Notes: a model not told the origin generated them from the sequence alone. Positions 9,721 to 22,830 are shown, counted from the stretch's first letter. The stretch: DNA of 64,000 nt from Camelus ferus (GCF_009834535.1 NC_045696.1:108502001-108566000); one strand, 5' to 3'. Made by a program: numbers and translations.

Positions 9721-12639
9721 GTATAGAACAATCCAGTATAAGTCATGGACTGAGTGAGGTCTCATCTTGATGACCAGCTCTGGTCATTGGTAATGGCTGG
9801 GTTGGGAAGGATTCTAAGGCTTCATCTGAAGCTCAGCTAGGAATGCTGCCATGACTGATGGGCAGTGCCTGCTATGGGTGAGGGGACAGGTGGCTGTATG
9901 TACAGCAAGCATCTGCCTCACTGCACGGAACCTCAAAAGATCATAAAATGATGGGTTTTAAAAAGGCAATGAATTGGCTTCATCATAGTTTCTGTCAAGT
10001 GTATCCATGGCCCAAGGGAAATGGAGGGTGAACTGGGGTGAAGTTTGCATCACATACAGCAAGTGTCCCTCTGGAGTGGCAGGTTGAGCACTCCCCTTGG
10101 GGCAGTGACCGTCTTGACCACTTGAGTGACCAGCCTTGGTAAAGGCTCTGAGCAGCCCTGCTACGCAGGTGGGACAGAGATGGCTCTGCCCTCTGGGTGC
10201 ATCCATGGGACACGCCTCCCTCGCTGTCCACTGCCTTGGACCCAGAGACCTAACATGATTCTATGTGTTAAATTAAGAAGATCTTTTAGAAGGAATGTCG
10301 CCATTTAAAAGCACCCTGAAAGTACACTGACCCATTTTCCCCAACCTAATCAGCAAAGTGATTTTTCCAGATAAGACCCATATCAGTCAGGAAGGAAGAG
10401 AAGTTTCTTCCTGAAAGGTTATCTTTCTCTGAGCGTAACCAGCTTCTAACAGCCAGTGGAAATGGCTTCTGGCTGCTGGATTGCAACTGAGCCTATATAA
10501 TAAAGAGGCAGTTCCCAGTTCCCCAGGATGCCAGGAATTTGCATGAAAACAGTCTCTCCATCTTCTGAGAGAGTTCATCTGGCCCTGCTGCTTATTTCTT
10601 TCCAGAAGCCACGATCTTGATGGTGACACTATAATTTATTACCAGGCTAAGGATTATGATGCAACATACAGAGAATTAGAACTTTAGGTGGGAAACAGGC
10701 TGTGGGAACAGGTGAGCTTTTGGAGAGGATGGTCTTATTTGTCATGCAAATTGCACAACGAACAGAGAAAAGGGGCTGGGAGAAAATACAACCCAAAAAG
10801 ACACATTGCACTGGCTGCAGACAAAATTGTTTCTAAACAGAATGTTTTTCAAAGCTTTTCTTAAAGCATTAGCGGCTCCTCCAAAATGAATGACACAATG
10901 TATTTCGTACTAGTGATAAAATATGTGATTTGAATAGCCACAAATGGAGAGATTTACAGTCAGTGGGGTCCGCACTGCCTCCCCCCTGAGCTTTGTGAGC
11001 GCTGAAACCCTTCTGCGAGATGCTGTGAAAGGTAATTGCAGCCCAAACATCATTTTCCAGCAGCGAGAGAAAGAAAGGCCCATTGGACATAAATTAACTA
11101 AAAATATGCGGATGATAGTGTGTGTTTCATGTGTGAAGAACAGAAAGGCCACTTGGTGACGTTTCCCAGCTGGAAAAAAGAAACAAAACCCTGTTTTTCA
11201 ACCAAACAGATGTTTGTTTCTCTGTACTATACCATCAGGGCAAACAGCTGTCTTTTACCACTCACCCCCAAAATTAACCCCTGATGGCTGAGATGTCAAC
11301 ATTTTATATATATATAACATGCGTATGTATATGTTTATATTATCATACAGTGTTTCTTGAGACTATAATTTAAAAGAAAGAGTGCAGAGACAGGGCTAAA
11401 TTATTTACCAACTGCCTTCACTCATTAGACCAGCAGGCAGTGGGTACCCTCTCTGGGAGAGCCCAGGGTCTGTAGCTGGGAACGGAACAATACCGCTTCT
11501 GCCCCGAGGAGGGCGCTGTGCAGGGACTCCTGCAGTGGTAATAGTCAGGGATGGTGGGGCTTGCTCTCTCCTGGTGTACTCCGTGGAAAGAGTGTTTAGA
11601 TTAACTAGTCCCGTGGGCTTTAGATTCTCTACACTTTGCCTACCCAGAGGGTGGACTGCTGGTAACTTGGGGAGGGAGCCAGTCCCCGTCAAGGACCTGG
11701 TGAGCAAGGATGTTTTCTTCCTGCTGCTGAAACAGGAATATTCCCTGCCCCCAAGGGGGTGGGGTGGGGAGGGTGAGCCTCTAGTCCCTTGGAATGGCAA
11801 GGCTGGTGGGGAGGACCAGGAAACAGGGATGGGCAGGGCCGAGGAGGCGGCTAGATGGTCACCCTGCTCTCTACTCTTCCCAACCTGGGCCAGTCCAGTG
11901 TGTATCCACTGCTTCTTGGAACATGGAAGGATTATGCTTTTTCTGGAGCCCCCATCACCACTGCTTCACTGCTGCCCATCAACCCCACCCTTAGAGACCA
12001 CAGCTGTTCTCTTCTTTTCTAGTCAATCTGTCTGCCTCGCCAGTGACCCCTGGGCTTGCCCACTTGTCCCCAGGTCTCCATGGTTCCTGTCTCTGTCAAC
12101 AGGCGGTGACAACTCTCCTACCTTTGCCCCAAGTGTCTGCCCCTGACCCTCAGGCACCCACCCTTCTCCCATTCCATTCCTGCCCCTGTGCACAGAGACC
12201 CCTGGGGCTTCCTGCCACCCTGAGGTAGGGTTCCCATGGTAATGGGGCAGGGCACCGGCAGTGAGAGGTGGGGCTGCTGGTCAGGTGGACGTCTGTCTGC
12301 ACAGCCATCCTGGGGACCTCTGTCCAGCTCTGTGGGAAGCCTGTGGGGCTTATTCCTTGTCCTCACTGAGTTCACTAAGGCTGTCAGTGTTTTCCATCCT
12401 CTTCTGGAAGCAGCTGACAGACTGTGGCAATCCGTTTTCATAGGTATCCTGAGTCTAGCCCTTATTTCCAGTGTAATTGTTGGTGTCTCACCAATGTCAC
12501 CAATGTCCACTAGCTTCTCTCCCCACCCCCACCCTCCAACAGCTATTTAAAAATCATCAGTCACATTAAATAGCTTAAGTTCTTCTGGCCCCCTGAGCTG
12601 CACTCCCTTCTTGGCACGGCTTCTCCCTCCAACAGTCCC

Positions 12640-12725
12640 GGCAGTTATAACCAAGTCACTTAACCACTCTGTCTTACCGTCTCCACCTGCCAATAGGGAT
12701 AATAATGCTTAATTATCTCAGAGGG
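12640..12725 (+). mobile_element. MIR fragment
   Basis: caagtcacttaaccactctgtcttaccgtctccacctgccaatagggataataat is a degenerate MIR core. Confidence 0.55.
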
Positions 12726-13479
12726 GCGCATGAGGAGCTGTTCGCTGATGCTGCCAGAGTGTGAGGTATGTGAGCGAGGCTGTTCAGCCGCCTCCCGGCA
12801 GGAGCCCTGTTTTCCCAGCCGCCTGTCCTCTCTGGTGGCAGTGAGGGATGGTGGGGAGGGCGGGGCCAGCCCCACTGACCACTGGTCGGGAGGCCAGCTC
12901 CTTCCTGAGTTCCTTCCTCATCAGTTATGTGATCCAGGGGAGGCAAGGAGGTGGCCATGGGTCTGCACCTGATAGAAAGTTGGGGGGAGGCACTTGAAAT
13001 CTGCCTTCCAGTTCCCAGCCCCATTGCTTTTTCTTCATAGCAGATAATGGGAAAGAAGATGGAAAGATAAATGTAGATAAATGTCCCCGTGTACGGAGGG
13101 CAGGTGACATCATTTCTCTTCCAAAGGGGGGAAAATGGATTGGCTTCTGTTTTACTTTTACAGAGTATGGAGCCCCACACTCTCAGCCAAGGGTCCCATC
13201 CCAGCTGGGCCAGCATCACCCCCAAACCGTCCAAGCCCCAGTGAGTTTGGGGATACAAAAGGCCATGTGAGTCTACCGCATTTTTGATGTTTGGAGAAGC
13301 TTTGTCGAGACATAAGAATACTAAAGTGTATCTCAAAGTGAAATGACGGGGCGGGGAAAAGTACTGCTTTCCATTTAAAATAAAGCATTCACAAGCACAG
13401 TGTACTGACAGGGAATAGGTTAAGGACACTGGCGGTACCCCATATGAGCGAGGGGCTGGGGGTGTGGGGAAATCTCACA

Positions 13480-14770
13480 AAATGTGGCAGGAGTACAAAT
13501 TGCCAAAACAAGTTTTGGGAAATCAAATTTTTCTACCAAAATTTAAAATATGCAGTTCTTAACATCACCAGGAGGGGCAGATGAACATCATGCACTCAGA
13601 TGTGGGACCCCGAGAAGCGAACAGCATCATTTTGGTAATGCATAACGCATAGCCTGGGTCTAGTCACAAGGCGAGGTTGGACAAACCCCAAATGAGGATG
13701 CTTCTATTAAAAAAGTGGAGTATGCTTTTAAAGTATCAATATCATAAAAAACAAAGAAAGGCTGTGAAAATGTTCCAGATTAAAAGAGACTTTATCTACA
13801 TCACAATGAAATGCAACATCTGAAAGAAAGAAGGAAAAAATGCTAAAAAGGACATTTGGGGGTCAGTTACCAGTATCAGAGCACAGACAGTAGATTCGAT
13901 AAAAGCATTTTATCCATGTTAACTTACCAAAGCTGATAACTGTACTGTTACAGTTATTAAGAGAATATTCCTCTTCTTAGGAAATACAAAAATACACACT
14001 GAGGTATGTGGGATGCTTCATGGGGCTAGAAAGCCATGATGTATACAGCATGTCTTCCAAGAGTTTAGGAAAAAACATCTTTTGGTGGGCAGCAGGCAAG
14101 TAATAAAGAAACGGGATGAAATAATAATAATAGATGAAGAACGGTGGGCACAGGTTACATGGGTGTTTTTGCATTATTCTTATTTTGAAATTTTTCTTAG
14201 CTTTGACATTCCTTTTAAAATTTTTAGATGTGCAAATTCATTGGCCCAGCAATTCATTTTCTTGACATTAACTTTACAGAACTATCTATACAAGTGTTGC
14301 AGACACCCATGTCAGAATATTCACTGAAGCACTGTTTGAAATAATACAACATCAGAAGCTGCCAAGATGGCCATCAAATGGAGCTTATTAAATAGTTTCT
14401 ACAGTTCATTCATATACAGGATGCCTGAGAAAGGATCTGAGAAACCCACATGGGCACAGAAAAAGGTTTCAAAGGCGGGAAGTGAGGTATTAAGGGGAGG
14501 AAAGGTCATATTCATGATACATTGTTAAGTGACAAAGCAAGGTGATGAAGAGCTTGGAAAGTATAGTATGAGACCATCTTTGAGACCATAAAAATATAAA
14601 TAAATACATACACACAATAAGGCTGGGAAGGACACACACCAAACTCGTAATGGCAGTGACTTCTGGGACGTGGAAAGGGAGTCTGTTTCACTTTTTACTT
14701 GAAACACACTTTTATTTTTTTATTTCTAAGACTTCTTTTATAAATAAATCCATAATATTTTTAAAAATCA
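13480..14770 (+). mobile_element. Old L1 (L1MC/L1ME-like) 3' fragments
   Basis: A-rich. gttccagattaaaagagact...caatgaaatgcaac and cttaggaaatacaaaaatacacactgaggtat are typical of L1MC 3'UTRs. Confidence 0.7.
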
Positions 14771-16719
14771 GCATCCTAGAGACTACTTTGGATTCCTTTT
14801 TTTTTTTTTTTTCCAGATGGGCTGATGTTTCAATTTGGACCAATGGGCCCCTTCTCCCTGCCGCCTCTGGGATCCATCCTCCCCAGGTGTGAGGGGAGGG
14901 AGTGGGGGTTATGATGGGTACAAGTCTGGTGGGTGGGGCTGGTGATACCAGCCCCTAAGAGCCACAGGGAAGGGTCAAGTCCAAGTTGGAAGGGCAGGAA
15001 CTGAAAGGTATCTTCCTCCCGCTGTGAAGAGCCCAGTTGCCTTGGGACAGCCACATGGCTCCCTGGGTACTCAGGCTCCTGCTCCATTCAACACTGGCCA
15101 GATCTCCAGGGACATGTGCGTCACTTGCTAATGAATTTCTTAATTCACTCCACAAACACTGAGCCGCACACAAAAGCTCAGGAATGCTGTGATAAAAGAG
15201 GAAGAAGCCAGGCCAGCTATTGGAGAGATGAAGGAGGAGCTGAGTGAGACCACGAGGCATGTGACAGAGGCTCTGAGGGGCCACAGAACAGCCTGGAGGA
15301 GGGCACTGACGTGAAAGCAGGTACACGCTTTAAGAGTAGCGTTAAGAGCATGTCGGAGGCTGGACCTTGGGCCGAGTTGCAGATGGTTGCTCCCAATCTC
15401 TCATTCTTTTGGCCTCAGAATCTGCTGACCTACCTAGGCAGGCCCTACAGAACCCAGGCTTGGGATGTGCTGGGACCCCAGCTTGATTTCGACTTTAGTC
15501 AATGCTGCTTGCATCTTATCTTTCCTTTCTCTGGACTAATCTCTGTTTTCTGATCTACTTTGGGATTTATGCTATGTTTTCCCATTCCTTAGAAAAGCAA
15601 CTCCTGGAGACAACCCACATTCCTAGACTTAGCTTTCCCCCAAGTTGGTGGGCCTAAACCCCTCAATCTTTGACTTCCTGTCTGTCCTGCTTGGGCCCAC
15701 AGGAGCTCGGGGATGGGTTTACCGTATGGCTGTCCCAAAGGCAGCTGGGTTCTTCCCATCAGCATCTGTTCCTCCAACCCTGGACTTGACCCTCTCACTG
15801 TGGTGCTCAGTGGCTGCTATCACCAGCCTCACTCACCAGACTTAGGGCTTTCCTAATCTTGCCATAGACTTGAAGCTCTGCCTAGAACTGCAGGGTCTCT
15901 GCTCCAGAACATTCTGGAATTGTGAGAGTCATGGGAGCATCTCCTGCTGAAGTCCAAGACTCATTATTTTCAAGAGTGTTCAGAACCCATTTTATCTGTG
16001 GCTGGTGAACTGTGAACCTCTCAAAAACAGTTCCCATTTCCACCAGATACATGGTCTCCCAAGGCCGGGGAACCCATGTTCACTGTTTAGTAGGAGCCCA
16101 GCAGGTTCAGGAGATAATCCTCAATCACAGGTCAAGAGAAGTCCTGAGAAGTTCCCAAGATCTGTGACCTCTGCACACAGTAAGCAGAACCTGCTCATCT
16201 GGGCTCTCCCAGGGGAGCCTCCCAGGTGTTTGACATCCTGCTGGAACATTTCAGTATCCCCTGAGACCTCTTAGACGTTCATTTCTGGGCCCTCCAGGGC
16301 TGTATTTTACTACCTGTGGCAAAGGATGGGTGAGACTAGGATAGATGGAGAGCAGGGTATCCTAGCTCTGGAGCAGAGCAGGCACGAGGCAGAGAAGCAG
16401 GAATTAATGAGCCAGCGTATCTATGGGACAGATTGGGGCTTGTCTGCTTCCTTCCTCTTCTGCCCTCCCCTAAAGTAAATCAGACGATTTCCATCAAAGG
16501 TGTGTGCAGAGTAGACAGTGATGGGACAAGAGCAGTCTGAAAGGTCACTGCCTTAAACAGGGGTTGGCAACTTGGGAACAGAGGAGAATCCTAATATCTT
16601 TGGCTAAAGGTCATTCCCAAAGTTCCTGGGCAAAAATCATCCAGAATGTGATCTTCAGAATGTTATCAGGTTGACTTTCCAAGCAGGACAAAGGAACATT
16701 TGATTGGGTTATAGAACTA

Positions 16720-17420
16720 TTATCCAAACATATTTTCTTGTCAATGACAAGTGCTGGCCTGGTGGCTAGAGTTGGAAAAACGTCATTTAGCAGCCATGAT
16801 AATACAGACTGGTTCAGACAAGAATCATCAGTGGATGCTAAAACTAGGGATGCAGGGTTTTGATGAAGAACAGGATATTCACAAAGGCTGTCTTATCAGT
16901 CATAAGTGGAAAAAAATGTAATATACACTGCATGTAAATATACATTGGAGAACTTGGAGAAAACCTCCACTGGGTGATCAAAATCAGTAACTCCCATAAG
17001 GGGTGGATGGACATCATGCGTCTTGAGCTGTGATACCCTAGAAAGGACACACACCACTTATGTGAGATTATGACCAAGAATGTAGAACCTGAATTTGATT
17101 GTGAGGAACACCAGAAAAACCTCAAAGGAAGAATGTTCTATTTAATAATAAAAAAAAGTGATATATTCTTAAAATATATATGTATAGATATATGTTAATG
17201 TCATCAAAGACAAAGAAAGACAGTGGAAATATTCCAGACTGGAGCTCAAGGAGATGGAAGAGACATGAGGACTAAGACCCAACTCTGGCCCGCAGGTCCT
17301 GGAAGGCAGGTACTTCTCATAGAGGTTGGTTTGGACAAAATTAAGAATCGTATTCATGGTCTAGACATCTTCACTAAATTTAGGGGGGAAATGTTATCTA
17401 AATAAAAAGCTCTTAAAAAT
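16720..17420 (+). mobile_element. L1MC-like 3' fragment
   Basis: gacaagaatcatcagtggatgctaaaactaggg; atgtcatcaaagacaaagaaagacagtggaaatattccagac. Confidence 0.7.
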
Positions 17421-18149
17421 CTCCTTTTTAACTGATTGAATATCTAAAGGAGTTTTCTGACCAAACAATGTACTTCCTTTTGAAGTTGTCCTTCCAGAGG
17501 CGCCAGTGAGGAGCACCCCAAGCATGTCTATCATGGCCTCAAATGTGGGCAGTGAGGAAAATGTAATATGGACAAGAGCCTCACTTTGAAGCTCCTAAAA
17601 TATTATAAAATTTCCCTGAATCTTCCTTAAAGACCAATATTGGGCATGGTCTGTAGAGGCTCTTCCAGGCCTGGAAAAAGCATGATTTGTGGAATAGAAA
17701 TATTGACCACATAACATGACCCACTGTCATCACATCTGATGACCTAGAGTCTTCAAATACTGTACTTCCCTTGCCTGAAAGGAGACCTTAGTAAAACTTC
17801 AATTAAAAAACAGAAGAGGGGAGCTGCTGGGGGTGATGCTTGGCCATGGTCTGGAGCCTGGCCCGGTCTCCCCATCACCCCAGCAGTGCCCCAGCCCAAT
17901 TTCTATAAACCCTAGGATGTGAAGCTGGCATAATCGACCACATGGGGTGAAAAGCATTCTAGTGACTCACATTGTTCCTTCCTTTGATTCATACATACAT
18001 TCTAACATAATTGCTTTAATTTTGATTTCATTAAAAATTCTAAAAATATTCCTTGTCTTAGATGGTCAGATCTACTGACGGTTCAACTATTTATTATGCC
18101 TGAAGCAGCATGCTTCCTGTAGGTGACTGAGTGCACTCATTTCCCAATA

Positions 18150-18860
18150 CAGGCTGTTCTGCTCTAATGCCATATATATATATTGAAAATGAAAACCCTA
18201 CTCTGAAAAATTGCACAATAAAATAACAGAGACTACGGGGAAAAAATGTGTTTGAGGAAGACCGCTCAAAATGTAACAAAAACACAACAATCCTAATAAA
18301 AACGGCAGCACAGGTAAATTAAAACCTGCATTTGGACCAGTGTACCAGTCAGTCACTCCTTTGTAACAAAAATCCTGGATTTTGTGCCTCTTTTTGGAGA
18401 TAGAGGTCCTGGGGGCTTTCCTATTGCATAAAGATCAGCTTCATTAAAATTAAAAATCTGACCCAGAGTATAGACGTCTTCGTCAAGAAAATCTAGTTTA
18501 ACATAGAGGAAATGCTTCCACAGTCTGCTCAGCTTTGCTTTCAGCTTCACCAGAAAACAGTGGAAAACAGTGGGTGCTGGAAACCACTAAACCAGCCATT
18601 GTCTGCACTAAGGGAAGGCCTTTCTGTCAATGTTCAACTTTTAAGTTTTCTTAAGGTCTTCTTATGATGCTATGGCTTTCTCTTTAATTGTTAAGAAATC
18701 TTGCCCCTGATGGCTTTACGACACAACTATCCTGGGGAAAGATCATACGAGAACTGCAGAACTTCCTCATTATACTGACATCATTCCCTCACTTACCAGC
18801 CGTCTATTGAGTGAGTTTTCATTGAAGAAATAGGCACCGTAAGAGAACTGGCTATATCTC
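18150..18860 (-). mobile_element. Tigger/pogo-family DNA transposon with decayed transposase
   Basis: Minus-strand translation gives ..SADNGWFSGFQH.. (18589-18600; CENP-B-type HTH motif ASxGWF) and ..DEDVYTLGQIFNFNEADLY.. (cf. pogo YxxxQIFNxDETGL). There is a TA|CAG terminus at 18148-18152. Confidence 0.7.
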
Positions 18861-18899
18861 CATCCCCATTGTTATAAGGAACTTCAGGGGAGAAGAGAG

Positions 18900-19130
18900 C
18901 AAATGGGCATTTATCAAGTATCCACTGGGTGCCAACTGCTCTGCTGAGCACTTCACATATTTAATATCATCTAATTTTCACAGTCTTACTAAGAGGTAGG
19001 TTCTTATTCCCGTTTCACAGATTAGAAAACTGAGGCTCAGGGAAGTAAATACCTCACCCAGGTTATGTAATATATTAACAGAATGAGATTTATATTTCAG
19101 TCTCACTGCCATCCAAGTTTGTGCTCTTTA
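18900..19130 (-). mobile_element. MIR SINE
   Basis: cttattcccgtttcacagattagaaaactgaggctcagggaagtaaat is the reversed MIR core. Confidence 0.8.
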
Positions 19131-19599
19131 TGTATACATATATTATATTGATTAGATTTTAATGCAAGATCCCACTACTTGCCTTATTAACAGGATGGAA
19201 CTAGCCCCATTCACTGCTAATTACATTTGGCATGTCATGTATTATTGGAACAGATTTTTTCTCCCCAAATCAGGTAAAAGTGTATTACCAAGATCCAGAA
19301 TAATTTATTCTAGGTCATCAGCTTTTATACTAACTTCTTTTGTTACATTTTATAGGCATGTAGAAATTTATTAAAGCACTTTGAATACAATATTTTTCCT
19401 TTGATCTTTACAATAGTCATGTGATACAGATCAAGTAGAATACCCTATTCCCATCCAACAAATAATGAACAGAGCCTCAAAGAGGTAAAGTAACTTTTAC
19501 CCTAACAATTGGCAGAGCCAGCAACTCAAACCATGTTTTCTGGCTCAAAAACCAGCTTTGTCCTTCTAAATGCTGAGGGACCACCCTTCAGAATTACCT

Positions 19600-19970
19600 A
19601 TTGTGAAGTTCTTTGCATTGAATTGTCTGTCATTAGAGCTATTGGATCGAGTTATGCTACATGATTTGAAATGTGATGAAAACATTGAAAAATAAAGCAA
19701 AGAAAGAATGAGTTCAGTGTGTTTGTTATTGAAGATAATGATGACTGGTAGGAAAATGTGTATCAAAAGCCAATACAGATAAACAACAAAAAAGATTGAA
19801 TAATGGGTTTTAAATGATGATGATGTATTATTTACTAAAATAATTTTCTAATACTGAGAATTATTGTAGAACACTAATCATTATTTTAGAGCAATAGAAC
19901 CATAGCATGGCATAATAGGGGAAAAATTAGTTTAGGAGGAACATAAACTATCTTAAAGGGATACTACGGA
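19600..19970 (+). mobile_element. hAT transposase C-terminal (dimerisation domain) remnant plus AT-rich 3' arm
   Basis: Frame from 19618 reads LNCLSLELLDRVMLHDLKCDENIEK*SKER, resembling the hATC pattern RLNxLxLLxIExxxxxxLDxDxIIxxFAxxKxR. Confidence 0.4.
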
Positions 19971-21469
19971 ATCAGCCTCCCCGCTCAGGGTTTTGCTCCC
20001 CCTTTCACTCCACTCCCACCGCCTCCTGCCCCAGCATTTCCTGGCCAAACCCTTACCTTTCTAATTTTTCAGGGTAGAATATCTAACTACGAAGCCATCT
20101 CGTGCCGTTTTATTGGTGATGCTGGTTTAGAAGCACATGAACTCACACTGCTTGGCAGTTTGGGGTGGGTTCTCCCTGGTTTTTCTGCCGTCCTCTGTGA
20201 CTCCTGGAATGTGCCAAATTCCATTCCAAAGGAGAAGTTTTCAAAAGTGATGAGGCCTAAGGTCAGGGTCCCATGGCCATTCCTAGCTAACCCATGGGCC
20301 AGAGCCCTGGGGTGTGCGCCTCAAACAATCCACCACCTCTGACAGACACAAAGTAAGAAAATGCGCGTGGACACGAGCAGGGGTCTTGCCCCGTCTAGCA
20401 CGGAGCAGCGAGGCGCGAAGCTCCTGGAGCTTCTGGAGCTTCAGGCGCGAAGCTCCTGGCCCAGGCAAGTGGGCTGAGGCTTTGCATCGTAATAGAAAAC
20501 CCTCAGGAGGTTCATGAGTAGGAGGTCAGCCTGGCTCTTGTCACCTGGGTCACCTCCCCGCGCTGCTCCTCACTCAGCTCCTCGGCCAATGAGAGAATAA
20601 ATGAACGAAGACCTGACAGGTCCCTCTGACCAAGAGGAAAAATATCCGCCTCCAAGAAAAAAAGAGCTGGCCAGGAGGGGAGGCGAGCAGCTTGCAGTTC
20701 ACAAGCTGAATCCACGGGCTTTGAACTTTTCTTTATGCCTTTTTTTTTTTCCCCTTTTTATCAAACACCCAGATGGCACGCGTTCCCTAAGTGAGCAGTA
20801 TTAGTCCAAGTCTACATGGATCTTTTCGCTGAAAAGCTTCCTTTCCTGTTTTGGACTCTCTCGCTCTCTCGCAGGGGAAGGGCTTACTTGATTGCTTTTG
20901 TGGGAGGATCAAAATAAAATCTTCACCTCTAAAATCCTCCCCACACCCCCCCCATGGCTGGAGCACCTGCAGAGTGGCCTTTGATCAGAATCCTCCCGCC
21001 CCTGCCTCAGTCCGCGCTCTCCTGCTCGCCTGCATACACTGACTCGCTCTTCCTTTTACCTCCGGATCTGTAAACGACTCTGGGAGAGAGTTTCTTGGCT
21101 GCCTTCAGATTTGTAGGTTCAGCTCTCCCAGAGGAGCTGTAATATGCCCTGCCTTGATAATGCGGGTTTTGAGCTACTGGGGTCTTCAGAAAATCACTTG
21201 TTCCTGTGGGCTCTCGGAGGGCTGAACTGAAGGGCCTGGTTTCGCTTTCTTGGATAAACACCTTCCCTTTTAAAGATTTGCTACATGTTGAGGCTTGTTT
21301 TCGGGAGGAGGCTCTGCCTTCTGCAGGGCACATGGGTCAAGCCCTATCAGGTCCTGAAGGCCCAATTAAGCTGGCTCCTCCGATGGGCACCTCCACCCTC
21401 TGGATCAACTTCTCTCATGATGCAGAGGATGCTTGCAGAACTAGAGGGAGATTTGCCAAGACTCCAGAA

Positions 21470-21648
21470 TCTCCTCCTTAGAGGGCCACCAGTCACTCGA
21501 TTTAGGGCCCACCCTAATCCAGTGTGACCTCATCCTAGCTTGATTGTATCTCCAAAGACCCTGTTTCCAAATAAAGTCACACTCACAGGTACAGGGTTAG
21601 AACTTCAGTGTAACTTTTTGTGTGGGGAACACAATTCAACTGATAACA
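21470..21648 (-). mobile_element. MaLR LTR 5' portion (MLT1B/C-like)
   Basis: gatttagggcccaccctaatccagtgtgacctcatc...tttccaaataaagtcacactcacaggtac...acacaattcaactgataaca. Confidence 0.8.
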
Positions 21649-22599
21649 GGGCCCTTTAAGGGCTAACGCACCGTGATTTTATTGGCCTGTACACCCTCTT
21701 CCCTAAACCAGCCTGTTTACAGCCTGCAAGCACACCACTTTCTGACCTCTTCCATTCTGATCAAACTGTTACCTCTTTCTGGAAAACCCTCTCTCTGAGC
21801 CCTTATAACCTTATTCACCTACCCACCCATCCATCCTTCCATCCATCCCACCCTATAAGCAGTTACTGAGTGCCTTTCAGATGCCCAGTTTTATTGCCCA
21901 GTTCGCATCTAACTCATCTGGGAATCTCCTCCACCCCCTTCTCTCATCTCAGCTAAAAGCCATCTTTCTCTTCTCTAAGCTAAGGTTCCAAACTTTTATT
22001 TACTAAGCACCCAATCAGGAAAGTAAGCTTACATCTTAGTCAATGATTTACAGATACCACTGCCAATCAACATATTTAATGTAAATAACATTTAATTTCC
22101 TTCTCTAGCAGAGGTCCTTGGCTCTTGCAAGAAATCAATGATCCTTGATTGATTGGGTCATTGACTTTCTTGACCAACTCTCTTTGGGACCTCAGTTGAG
22201 AAGCTGAAACCTGGCTTCACCCTCTGCTAGGAGCACTTAGAACCAGGCGCCCTCACAGTTCAATCCTCCATTTCTTCCTGGGGCTGCCCTGTCCGTTCCC
22301 TGAGGACCCGTGTCTGGGGTCTCACTTTTGGTTCTTCTCTTCCTACCCCCTTCCCCTGAGGTTCACAGGGTGACTCCCACCCACACTGCTCACACAGTCC
22401 TGTCCCTTGATGCTGGCTCACTTCTTGCCATTTCTTGCAACATCCCCTTTGAAAGCTTTTCCTCCTGGGCAGTGGCTTCTCTCTGATCCCTGACACCCTC
22501 CTCGCCTCCGCACTCTGCTCTCACCTAGGAAGCAGCGTCTGTGTCCAGTGCACGGGTCACTGGCTGCCCTCTTTCCCTAATGAACGCTTCTCCATCTCT

Positions 22600-22830
22600 G
22601 AGTTTCAGCCCAGATGTTCCTTCCTCAGGGTATGTGATTGATACTCCATACACGTTTCTCCAGAGCACCTGACGATTGTAATTACAGAGTTAACTGCATT
22701 CGTTGTTTAATGTCCATCATTTTTGCTAGGAAGGAAATTCAAGGAGCTCAGAAATTGACTGCTTTGTTCATTGCTGTGCTTTGTGCATAGTAGGTGTTTA
22801 ATAAATGTGTGTTAGCTGAGAATGGCTGGT
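22600..22830 (+). mobile_element. L2 3' end
   Basis: Ends gcatagtaggtgtttaataaatgtgtgttagctgagaatg. Confidence 0.6.

Noticed and set aside
11535..12146. 203-aa plus-strand ORF
   Set aside because: GTG start, no recognisable homology, and antisense within an intron.
12713..13429. 238-aa minus-strand ORF
   Set aside because: No recognisable domain, residue composition typical of GC-rich intron sequence, and it ends in a MIR. Treated as a chance ORF.
18789..18830. 7-nt AG/GT-bounded segment (caatag|ACGGCTG|gtaagt)
   Set aside because: Not a multiple of 3, poor pyrimidine tract, and inside the Tigger remnant.
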